DNA of 35,240 bases from Nemertoderma westbladi (lineage: Eukaryota; Animalia; Xenacoelomorpha). Each line of letters starts with the position of its first letter. Position 1 is the first letter of the stretch. Shown piece by piece: positions 1 to 10,481 of the stretch. Location: contig JAUCBJ010000004.1 of assembly GCA_032718475.1 (NCBI GenBank), positions 1-35,240 of the forward strand. The letters are read 5' to 3'. Both the position numbers and the translations under genes were made by a program. The notes under the pieces are model-generated. The model made no database searches. It was not told the origin of the DNA and worked only from the letters and a program-made list of their open reading frames with translations.

Positions 1-2341
1 ATACTGGTGTTACCCTTCTCCTAGAAACGGGTTTCTCACTTACCTTACTTTCCGCTGTCTTCTCTCTGGACTGCTTTATGAGCTGTAATTTCACCTCGCT
101 ATCCAGGAATGACATGAGATCAGCCATGGTAGGGTCTCGTTGTTGTTGTTCCATCATATATAACACCTTCTTGTCCCAGCGTGTACCTACTCCACCCTTG
201 GGCAAAGTAGATGCTAAGGCTCCTACAACCATAGAATTCTGGTATTCATGAGACTTACCTAACCAATCTAGTTGTCTACAGATCTCCTGAATCTCATCGG
301 AAAACTCTATAATCCCGCTGCTAAGAAACTTTCGGGGCGCCATTAATTTCGCATATAAATACCTAGCTATGTTAGTCCTATTACCATACCTGATGTTTAG
401 TGTATCCCAAACTTGTCTTAATCCATCTGGATGTCCAATAAATTTTAACGCCATTGACTTGGGAGGTCCTTCCAAACATTCGATGAGGAATCTAAGTTTC
501 TCTCCGTTAGATAGTACAGAGTTCTGTATGTTATCTTTATAATATTCATTAAAAGGTAACCATTTCATCTCATCTCCATTGAACTTGACGATCTCTCCCA
601 CCTTTACCGCTTGCCGGGCTTCGGTTCTAGCCATTTGACGCGTAAAACTTTCTTGAGCCATCGTATTATTGAATATAGAATTATCGGTATATAAATTTCT
701 CGGATTATGATCAGGTCTATATGGAATATTATTATCAACAGGTTTATAATTACCCTGAATAGGGTTTACTATAGGAGTTTCTACTTCACTAGCAGTATAG
801 ATGCGTGTAGGCTCCACACCTTGCGCATGAAATACTTCAGACCTAACGGGTTGACACATTGTTACAGGGGGTGGTATTATACCCCTTTGTATGTTCACTA
901 ATTTATCGCATTCTAACGCGATACTTTGCTGCACCTTTTGCAACTCTAACCTACTTTCCCTTACTGTTCCCTTGAATTGCTGGACAGTCTCCTGCATCTG
1001 CCCGAGCAGGATATCCATCCCCCGCCGTCTCTCGTCCACCCATTCGACTGCCGAAGCGGGAGTCGCCAACGTTGTAGCGGGCGGACGAGGGACAACGGGC
1101 GACAAATTATGAATATTTCGCTCGGGGTCCAGGACCTGAACTGTCGCCTGGGCAGTTCTACTGGGCACAGGTAGCTTAGTGCTATGTAGAGGGAATTTAG
1201 AAGTAGCTTCAGGGAGCACAGGTGTGTCTATCACCGAAGGGGTGATTTCAAGAACAGGCCTAATTATTTCAGGCTCATCTACTATAGTAGGGAGTCTTTC
1301 TATTGTAATTATTTGGTCTGTGGGCTCTGTACTACCTAAGTTGGTGTTATTTAGTTGCCTTCTAACAGCTGGAGGCAAATCAGGCAATTTCTGACGGTGG
1401 AATGTTCTTTTACGTCTGCTTAGGCGAGGTCGATTTCCTCCGCCTTCGGTGTCGGTGGTATCGCCTTCCTCAGATGATGTATACCCCTGTCTCTTGGGAG
1501 TAGATCGACTCATCATCTGCATATTGCTCGCTGTTAACTGTTTATTGAAGTTGTCTTGCTTCTCTTGAAGAATTTCCAACTCTAGTTGGGTTGCCTCTTC
1601 AGATGCCCTCCGTTCTGCTTCTACCACTGCCTCTGCTGTTGCCAGTGCCGCCTTTCTTTCCGCTTCGGCCGCTGCTTTTGCTGCTGCTACTGCCGCTTTT
1701 GCCTCTGCCGCTGCCGCTGCCGCTTTTGTTTCTGCTTCTGCAGCTGCCACTGCTGCTGCTACTGCCGCTGCCTTTCTGTCTTCTATACGTTTTTTCTTTA
1801 CTTGTTCTTCCTGGACCTTAACGACGCGGAGTTGTTCATCGAATTTAGCTTGATTAGCCGCTAACCTATCCACGTCGATGGCGTCAAGCACACGCTGTGC
1901 TCCTTCACTATTAGGGCTAAGTCCCTCTAGTCTTCTCCGCAACTCTTCATCACCTACAAAACGTTGATAGTCTGACAGATAGATGTCAATGGCATCTCTC
2001 TTATGTGGTTTCTCTGCCGTCGCTTCACTTTCCACTTGGGAAAAAGTGGCGTCCGTCGATTCTCCATGGGTTGAGCGCTCCTCCAACTGAGCTTTCCACT
2101 GAGCTGCTCCTTGAACCTGGCGACTCACCCGTTGAAACCAAGTTTTTATGGCAACTTGCAACGACGTGTCTTGTTTTCTTTTAGAAGCCTCCTCAAAGGC
2201 GGATAAGATTAGCCTAATCCGCAAAACTCTTTCTCTAACTTGATAAAGCAGCGATCCCTGCTCTTGAGGTCCTTGAGGTTGTTGAAACAGTTGAAATCCG
2301 TCATCTCTGCTCCGCGCTCGGGTGTCAGCTCTACAGTATCC
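1..2341 (-). CDS. gag: Gag(-Pol) polyprotein, main reading frame (partial, about 780 codons, runs off the window)
   Basis: Manual translation is stop-free from 2341 to the window edge; it is absent from the ORF track because it has no stop. It has an Ala/Glu/Lys-rich helical tract (~1560-1800), then IVKFNGDEMKWLPFNEYYKDNIQNSVLSNGEKLRFLIECLEGPPK...VWDTLNIRYG (~590-380), the F-x-GD..W..F..LS..EKL..L...LEG...W..L..RYG pattern of BEL/Pao gag. Confidence 0.85.
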
Positions 2342-2619
2342 TCACTACTGGAGCTGCTGGGCCGCTGAGGAATAAGTTCTTGACTAGCGGGTTGTTGCTG
2401 TTCCGCTGCCTTTTGGTCCCGCTTGACCTGAGCTCGAGTGACTATGATAGACCTACGATGTTGGACCAGCCTAGGTTCTGTTATTACTACTGGAGGGATG
2501 ACCTTCCTCACAGTGGGAGGTGAACTAGATTTACGACCAGACGGTTGTACGTCTCTATCTGAGTCGCAGATAGTTACATCTAATAAACTGTCTGACAGGT
2601 TCTGCTTAGTATCAGACAT
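2209..2619 (-). CDS. Probable N-terminal segment of gag, offset from the main frame by a -1 shift
   Basis: 136-aa ATG-initiated low-complexity ORF overlapping the main gag frame over 2341-2209; the main frame has no ATG until 1522. Confidence 0.6.
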   Translation of the reverse strand: MSDTKQNLSDSLLDVTICDSDRDVQPSGRKSSSPPTVRKVIPPVVITEPRLVQHRRSIIVTRAQVKRDQKAAEQQQPASQELIPQRPSSSSSEDTVELTPERGAEMTDFNCFNNLKDLKSRDRCFIKLEKEFCGLG

Positions 2620-2707
2620 GACTATGTATACCGTTGAATGTCTACTGCTGTATTACAGTCTGAGTAAGTCTAGTAACTCAGTATTAACTGCTAGCCTAAT
2701 AATTAAT

Positions 2708-3000
2708 TACCGGTACTGCTACTCAGTGTAGCGTGATATATATATAATATATTAGAATACCGGTATGCTTATAGTATATATAACTATATAAGTATTATTA
2801 CAGACTAGGTTTATCACAGAATACCGGTATAATTTTAGCACAAATATATATAAATATATAATAGGCCTATCGGAATACCGGTATACAGCTTACAGTTTGT
2901 AGTATATATAATTCTGGAATAGAATTAATTACAAGTACCGGTATAATTTCAGCCTAGATTTATAGAAATAAGATAATAGGCCTATCGTAAATACCGGTAT
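2708..3000. repeat. Degenerate tandem repeat with recurring TACCGGTA palindromes in the retroelement leader
   Basis: TACCGGTA occurs at about 2708, 2758, 2822, 2876, 2936 and 2992; a ~115-bp block (taccggtataattt...ataggcctatcg..ataccggtat) is present twice. Confidence 0.6.
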
Positions 3001-3939
3001 ATCAATTATTTTAGAATAATTGAATTTCTGAACTTTAGGGTTACTTGGTTACTTTAACTTACTTTATTACCGTTATTTAAGCAGTAATCCAACTGATATT
3101 GAGACCTAATGGTTTTATGGTAGGCCTACTATTTATAAATCGTTAGATTTGATTTATAATGTATTTATACCCGTTTTAATGGGTTTAGTCAATGTTTGAA
3201 ATAAATGTTATTATTTCTGGGGAGTAATCACTACACAAAGCGGTACGCTTTCAGTGAAGTGTTACTTATAGGACACTAAAACAAATAATACTAATTTACC
3301 TAAGTTACTTAATACTACAAATTACGTACAATTCGGGTGAGATTACAATCTCTAAATAAACACAAAAATTTACAAAAAACACAAAATACGAATTTTTAGG
3401 GTAATTTTACAAGAAGTCTACAAACCAGCCTAACAAAGGGTTAGAAACTGGTTATTACAACGGACAGGGTACTACGGTATTTGAAATAATAAGTAGTAGT
3501 AAATACACTGCGTTGTCCAGATAGGAAAATACCACCGCCTGACGACCTATAGCCGTATCGCTATAGGTTCTACGTTATGTATCACGGAGTGTTCCTACCT
3601 AGAAGTTAATAGAGCTAATCGAACGTGCCTATCAACCACTTTACAACACAAATATAATGCCTACACTAATTACTTTCGGAAAGCACTGTACACTAAACCC
3701 TAAATTAGGTACGAGTACTTGTATAACAAATAATCAGTAGTTAAATATACTTGAACAGCTAAAAGAACCACGGCATCTGCTGGAGTGACCGATGCACAAA
3801 ATCACCAGTCTTTACCTACGCCGAGCAGCCCGTGTAGTACCGGGGTTAATTTAACTATAGCGGTATGTATAACAAACACAATTACTGTAGGAACAAACTT
3901 GGGGAATGAATGTTGCGGATAATCGCATAAACTCTGAAT

Positions 3940-4515
3940 AATAAATATTACGCTACGCGTACAAACTACTCAAACAAAATACAGACCGAACACTGACAGG
4001 CTACTATCAAGCCTAAACAAACTACGGTATATGCAGACTCCGAAATGATTAGGGAGTATGCGCTCTAACCCAGTAGTGCGACTTATTCTTTAGTTGGGAG
4101 TTTACCTTACCGCATTGGCTGCCCCTACTTCCTAACCGTACTTAATCGGACAGAGGCTCTACACACACTACAATCCGTTCAGACCTAATAACAGCCAGAC
4201 AACTATCCAGCCTACAAATTATCTAAATAAATATTATACGCTACCTGTACGGACTTACACAAACAAAGTACAGACTAAACGATGTCAGACTACTCTCAAG
4301 CCTAAATAAACTACAGGACATGCAGACTCCGAAATGATTAGGCAGTATGCGTTCTAACCCAGTAGTACGACTTATTCTTTAATTGGGGGTTTACCTTACA
4401 GCATCTGCTGCCCCTACTTCCTAACCGTACTCAATCGGACAGGTGCTCTACACACACTGTAATCCGTTCAGACCTAACAGCAATCAGACAACAGCTCAGC
4501 CTACAAATTGTCTGT
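3940..4515. repeat. Tandem duplication, 289-bp unit x2, in the retroelement leader
   Basis: atgcagactccgaaatgattagg at 4031 and 4320; the two copies are colinear with scattered substitutions. Confidence 0.9.
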
Positions 4516-4686
4516 ACAATCTGATCACGTTTACACGCCTTCTGTTCAATACTGGCCTACTAACAAATAAAACTGACAGAAATAAGTAAGCTCCAAAAGA
4601 AACAAGGGGTGTACAGTCCCTAATCTCTTAAACAGCCTACCGGTATACAACAATCAAGTCGAATAATACTAATGTACTTATACGGA

Positions 4687-4807
4687 AGTACCGGTTAGGA
4701 CAGTTGGGCCTACGGACCTACAGAAGTACCGGTTCTGGCAGTTGGACCTACGGGCCTACGGCAGTACCGGTTCTGGCAGTTGGGCCTACTGACCTACAGA
4801 TGTACCG
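4687..4807. repeat. 38-bp tandem repeat, about 3 copies
   Basis: agtaccggtt..gcagttgg.cctac.g.cctac units start at 4687, 4725 and 4763, with a partial unit at 4801. Confidence 0.85.
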
Positions 4808-4865
4808 TTCAGGTTTACCGGTTGACCGGTACTTTCAACTTTATTGCTTACTGCAATAAAGAAGC

Positions 4866-4877
4866 TATATCCGTTAT
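4866..4877 (-). promoter_or_regulatory. Non-canonical primer-binding site (ATAACGGATATA), complementary to LTR positions 5668-5657
   Basis: Directly follows the LTR-terminal CA, has no TGG, and is the exact 12-nt reverse complement of an LTR-internal sequence. Confidence 0.65.
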
Positions 4878-6109
4878 TGTTCGCGCTTTCAGACCTTTGG
4901 CAGTTTAACCCGCCAAATTAGGATGTCTTCTAGATAATAAATCACCTTTAGCCTATGACAAGTATTTAATTCACTACACTAGTCGAAACCAATCTGTGCG
5001 CGATCATTCACCCGTTGGATATACCCGGGAGATTGGGTTCGACGGCTTAATTTTATTGCTATGTAAGCCCAATGTATTATTCGACTGACAGTATTATATA
5101 ATCTCTGACAATATTATTCACCTTCGGGAAATATTAACAGTTCCTTTAGGACGTGGCGCTCTATCTATATAAACAGAGTTATGACTTAAACTACTCACAA
5201 CGATATGGCTTAGTTACAATTCACATATATGGCGCATTCTTTAGGAAATGCTTCGTTATCAGTCTCACTCATACACAATGCTGCACAATACTGCACACTG
5301 ATCTGCCGATCTTCACTGATTTTAGTCACATATAAAAGGAGCACGGACCGAATCATGTAGGGTCTATCAAATAACATTAGATTCACTTCAAACCACTCAA
5401 CATAGGTCGCAATCATTTATCTGTAACCTTTCTCTCTTACCTTCGGTATATCAAGAATATTGGGTTTTCGGGGTTATTTGTCGTTATTCCAAATATAATA
5501 ATTCATCAACCATATTATGAAGAACTGACAGTAAATAGCAGTATAACAATATAAAAGTATGCACAGTGTTACACAGTATGCAGTGTATGCAGTACTGCAG
5601 TATGCAGTATGCAGTATGCAGACATCAGACATCAGACATCAGTATGTAATATGCAGATAACGGATATATGTCCTTATAATTAAGCCTACTAGTGTAAGAC
5701 TAAAAACTGAAAACACGGAGGTGCCAAAAGCCGGTTCTTAGGCTCTGGGCAAAACATAACACTGAACTACTGAGTTTCTGTATACACCTCTAACACAGAG
5801 ATAACAAACGCTCTGATTGGTCAACCTGAACAACGAGAGAACAAAGAAACAAAGAAACGTCGACGTGGCAATATCAGCTGCTAGCCGTCGTCATGGTAGC
5901 GACACTGTTTTCAAGAGTATCGAGCTTTTACGTCACGGAATTACGGATTATGTCCTCTAAAGTACAAATACAGAAGAAATAGCTTTTATGTCCGCTAAAA
6001 CACCAGTACAGCAAGGACACGGCCTTTTTATGCCTGGTAAACCAACTACAGAGTATTTTACGGGAAAAATAAGGAAAAATAACCGGACAATTCAGCAAAA
6101 GCTTTTACA
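4878..6109 (-). repeat. 5' LTR (1232 bp; TGTAAAAGC...GCGCGAACA)
   Basis: Similarity to the solo LTR begins and ends exactly at TG and CA. Contains a CCAAT box (gaccaatcagagcg, ~5822-5809), an Inr-like TCAGTT (5710-5705), AATAAA (5058-5053) and 7-bp microrepeats (5570-5650). Confidence 0.88.
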
Positions 6110-6968
6110 ACATTCAATTACTCAGTCCATAGTAATTGTTTGTAACTCAACAATAGCCTTGTTAGGCTTGTTGTACAATTAATAATATAATAATAATAAC
6201 AAAGTTATTCAAAACAAAACTCTACACGAGAGGCAATAGGAATAGCACCGTTAAACTTTCATTTATGCTACTGTAGTTATCAGCTGTTATTTTGCTTAGA
6301 TTTCCCCCGGTGAGGATTACTTTTTATTTGGATGATTGTCCCCCCCTCCCAATCTGGTTAGACTAAGACAATATTTTACGATTTCACTGTTGACATAATT
6401 ATGCCTACAGTTGCAATAAAATGTTTCATTTGTTTGAATGTCGGTGTAACATGCTGAGATAACTCCCCACCAAACATGACTCACCAGTCTTCTCAGCCTA
6501 GGCTGTGGACACTCCCATTTAGGCTGAAATATCTCCCCTCTAGTTGCAAAATTTGTTTAGTTGTTTCTGACCTACACATAACTGTATACATAAGATCTAA
6601 GTTCGTTTTACAATATACATATACAAAGCATAATACTTTTGTTGCCCGCAGAATGACTTTTTATGTATGGATTTCTTCAAATAAGGGAAAGGAGCATGTT
6701 ACAAAGAAGATCTTTTCTAACCAGAACAAAAAACTATTAAATTACCAATTGAGGGAAAGGGGCGAAGGTTACAGAGACGGGCTCTTCTAACAAAAACAAT
6801 AAACAGTTACAATACAAAATGAGAAAAAATAGCAGGTGACAGAAACGGGCTTTTCTAACTACAGTATTTAATATAACTATTTAACATTGAGAAAGGCAGC
6901 ATCAGGATTTAACTTAAATAACACACAGTACAGTAATAAATAATTATTTGTAGGGTTTTTCTCAATTA

Positions 6969-7128
6969 GGGGAGTCAACTCAGCCTAAGGGGAGTCATCT
7001 CAGCCTAAGGGGAGTCATCTCAGCCTATGGGGAGTCATCTCAGCCTAAGGGGAGTCATCTCAGCCTAAGGGGAGTCATCTCAGCCTATGGGGAGTCATCT
7101 CAGCCTAAGGGGAGTCATCTCAGCCTAA
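6969..7128 (+). repeat. 20-bp tandem repeat x8 (GGGGAGTCATCTCAGCCTAA)
   Basis: Direct reading; exact 20-bp period. Confidence 0.95.
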
Positions 7129-9599
7129 GGGGAGTGTTCTCAGCCTAGGCTGAGATAACTGTGGAGTGTTCTCAGCCTAGGCTGAGACGACTGAGGAGTG
7201 TTCTCAGCCTATGCTTAGACGACTGAGGAGTGGTCTCAGCCTAGGCTGAGACGACTGAGGAGTGTTCTCAGCCTAGGCTTAGGCGACTGAGGAATGTTCT
7301 CAGCCTAGGCTGAGATAACTGGGGAGTGTTCTCAGCCTAGGCTGAGACGACTGAGGAGTGTTCTCAGCCTAGGCTGAGACGACTGAGGAGTGTTCTCAGC
7401 CTAGGCTGAGACGACTGATGAGTGTTCTCAGCCTAGGCTTAGACGACTGAGGAGTGGTCTCAGCCAAGGTTGAGACGACTGAGGAGTGTTCTCAGCCTAG
7501 GCTTAGACGACTGAGGAGTGTTCTCAGCCAAGGTTGAGACGACTGAGGAATGTTCTCAGCCTAGGCTTAGACGACTGAGGAGTGTTCTCAGCCAAGGTTG
7601 AGACGACTGAGGAATGTTCTCAGCCTAGGCTTAGACGACTGAGGAGTGTTCTCAGCCAAGGTTGAGACGACTGAGGAGTGTTTTCAGCCTAGGCTTAGAC
7701 GACTGAGGAGTGGTCTCAGCCAAGGTTGAGACGACTGAGGTGTGTTCTCAGCCAAGGTTGAGACGACTGAGGAGTGTTCTCAGCCAAGGTTGAGACGACT
7801 GAGGAGTGTTTTCAGCCTAGGCTTAGACGACTGAGGAGTGGTCTCAGCCAAGGTTGAGACGACTGAGGAGTGTTCTCAGCCTAGGCTGAGACGACTGAGG
7901 GGTGTTCTCAGCCCAGGCTGAGACGACTGAGGAGTGTTCTCAGCCTAGGCTTAGACGACTGAGGAGTGTTCTCAGCCTAGGCTTAGATGACTGAGGAATG
8001 TTCTCAGCCTAGGCGGAGATGACTGAGGAGTGTTTTCAGCCTAGGCTTAGACGACTGAGGAGTGTTCTCAGCCTAGGCTTAGACGACTGAGGAGTGTTCT
8101 CAGCCAAGGTTGAGACGACTGAGGAGTGTTCTCAGCCAAGGTTGAGACGACTGAGGAGTGTTCTCAGCCAAGGTTGAGACGACTGAGGAGTGTTTTCAGC
8201 CTAGGCTTAGACGACTGAGGAGTGTTCTCAGCCAAGGTTGAGACCACTGAGGAGTGTTCTCAGCCTAGGCTGAGACGACTGAGGGGTGTTCTCAGCCCAG
8301 GCTGAGACGACTGAGGAGTGTTCTCATCCTAGGCTTAGACGACTGAGGAGTGTTCTCAGCCTAGGCTTAGACGACTGAGGAATGTTCTCAGCCTAGGCGG
8401 AGATGACTGAGGAGTGTTTTCAGCCTAGGCTTAGACGACTGAGGAGTGTTCTCAGCCTAGGCTTAGACGACTGAGGAGTGTTCTCAGCCAAGGTTGAGAA
8501 GACTGAGGAGTGTTCTCAGCCAAGGTTGAGACGACTGAGGAGTGTTCTCAGCCTAGGCTGAGACGACTGAGGAGTGTTCTCAGCCAAGGTTGAGACCACT
8601 GAGGAGTGTTCTCAGCCTAGGCTGAGACGACTGAGGGGTGTTCTCAGCCAAGGTTGAGACCACTGAGGAGTGTTCTCATCCTAGGCTGAGACGACTGAAG
8701 GGTGTTCTCAGCCCAGGCTGAGACGACTGAGGAGTGTTCTCAGCCTAGGCTTAGACGACTGAGGAGTGTTCTCAGCCTAGGCTTAGACGACTGAGGAATG
8801 TTCTCAGCCTAGGCGGAGATGACTGAGGAGTGTTTTTAGCCTAGGCTTAGACGACTGAGGAGTGTTCTCAGCCTAGGCTTAGACGACTGAGGAGTGTTCT
8901 CAGCCAAGGTTGAGACGACTGAGGAGTGTTCTCAGCCAAGGTTGAGACGACTGATGAGTGTTCTCAGCCTAGGCTGAGACGACTGAGGAGTGTTCTCAGC
9001 CTAGGCTTAGACGACTGAGGAGTGTTCTCAGCCAAGGTTGAGACGACTGATGAGTGTTCTCAGCCTAGGCTTAGACGACTGAGGAGTGTTCTCAGCCAAG
9101 GTTGAGACGACTGAGGAGTGTTCTCAGCCAAGGTTGAGACGACTGATGAGTGTTCTCAGCCTAGGCGGAGATGACTGAGGAGTGTTTTCAGCCTAGGCTT
9201 AGACGACTGAGGAGTGTTCTCAGCCAAGGTTGAGACCACTGAGGAGTGTTCTCAGCCTAGGCTGAGACGACTGAGGGGTGTTCTCAGCCCAGGCTGAGAC
9301 GACTGAGGAGTGTTCTCAGCCTAGGCTTAGACGACTGAGGAATGTTCTCAGCCTAGGCGGAGATGACTGAGGAGTGTTCTCAGCCTAGGCTGAGACGACT
9401 GAGGGGTGTTCTCAGCCCAGGCTGAGACGACTGAGGAGTGTTCTCAGCCTAGGCTTAGACGACTGAGGAGTGTTCTCAGCCAAGGTTGAGACGACTGAGG
9501 AGTGTTCTCAGCCTAGGCTTAGACGACTGAGGAGTGTTCTCAACCAAGGTTGAGACGACTGAGGAGTGTTCTCAGCCAAGGTTGAGACGACTGTGGAGT
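7129..9599 (+). repeat. 32-bp satellite, about 77 copies, with an 18-bp palindromic core (TCTCAGCCTAGGCTGAGA)
   Basis: Unit GAGGAGTGTTCTCAGCCTAGGCTGAGACGACT; variant units recur at exact multiples of 32; no spacers. Confidence 0.97.
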
Positions 9600-10341
9600 A
9601 ATTTCAAGAGGGAGTTATCGCAGCCTTGTACACCTGTTGCTTTTAGAAAAATACGTTTTAAGGTTTTCTGCTCCACATTTCAGTTTGTGAATACTGGCAA
9701 ACGGGCTTGTAACTGGGCAAGGGAGATGACAAAGAACACCGGTATGGATTCCAGATATTCCGTAGGCCGTTCCGAGTCGTTGAGGAGAGTGGGCGTACCG
9801 GCCTTATCAGCAACCGATATCCGGAGGCAACTCTGCAAAGAGTTTGGAAACAAGTTGTTCCCGAATGAAAATGATAATCAGTAATAATTTACAATACTTA
9901 TATTTGCATTATAGGCCTACACCATTATCCGCAATATAATGTCATTTTCTGATGATACGGACCCCCTGCCCCGAATTTTTTCTACCATTCGTTATCATAT
10001 TGCTTGAAATTTGAAACCCAACTAGTTCAACTCACCGTAGTTTTTACCATGAAGACGGAAATTTCGATTATGCCTTTAAATTTTTTATAAGCGTTTTAAA
10101 AAAGTGTCTTTTGAGAAAACGCACCCTCCGTATCGTAGCTATTCTTCACATTAGTCGTAATAATCATATCATTAAAAAGCATGCGTTGCAAGGATTCCAA
10201 ATATGTAACCATATCTGAAATTCGTTGAGAATCAGCTGAGAAATAGGCGTTCAAAGATTGGAAGAATTATTGTTCGCTGTTGGCCATTTATTCTATTTAA
10301 TTACACAAAATTCTAGAACGTGTTATTTATTTTGCAAGCGA

Positions 10342-10481
10342 TATGCCTATGCAATATAACTATTGCGTAGCTATTTATACTTTAAAAAAATGTTCCAGAA
10401 CATCGCGTATTTATTAAATAGAATAGTGACCTTCAGCGAATAATAGGCTACTTCTTGCAATATTTGAACACCTATATCTCA
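10342..10481 (+). repeat. 140-bp direct repeat, left copy (putative TSD of the CRE element)
   Basis: Identical base for base to 12986-13125. Confidence 0.95.

Larger units (their letters stand above)
1..6109 (-). mobile_element. BEL/Pao-type LTR retrotransposon, 5' portion (5' LTR, ~2.3-kb leader, gag); continues beyond window start
   Basis: TG...CA LTR at 6109-4878, delimited by its similarity to the solo LTR at 21713-22887, lies upstream of a long minus-strand frame containing a DUF1759-like BEL/Pao gag domain. Confidence 0.85.
6441..9636. mobile_element. Non-autonomous TIR element carrying an internal satellite
   Basis: Left end cggtgtaacatgctgagataactcccc and right end gggagttatcgcagccttgtacacctg form an imperfect inverted repeat; a related inverted copy lies at 20486-21098. 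No clear TSD. Confidence 0.7.

Noticed and set aside
707-2731. Small plus-strand ORFs, including Cys-rich 1586-1864 and Leu/Pro-rich 1591-1821
   Set aside because: Antisense shadows of the gag frame and its Ala-rich tract.
5140-5165. HDV-like ribozyme in the conserved LTR island (gccacgt loop)
   Set aside because: The P3 stem does not close and no P1/P2 pseudoknot could be assembled.
5210-5416. 68-aa ORF inside the LTR
   Set aside because: Not preserved in the solo LTR, which has indels and stops in the homologous region.
7129-9599. CRISPR array (32-bp palindromic repeats)
   Set aside because: Units are head-to-tail with no unique spacers, there are no cas genes, and the context is eukaryotic transposons.
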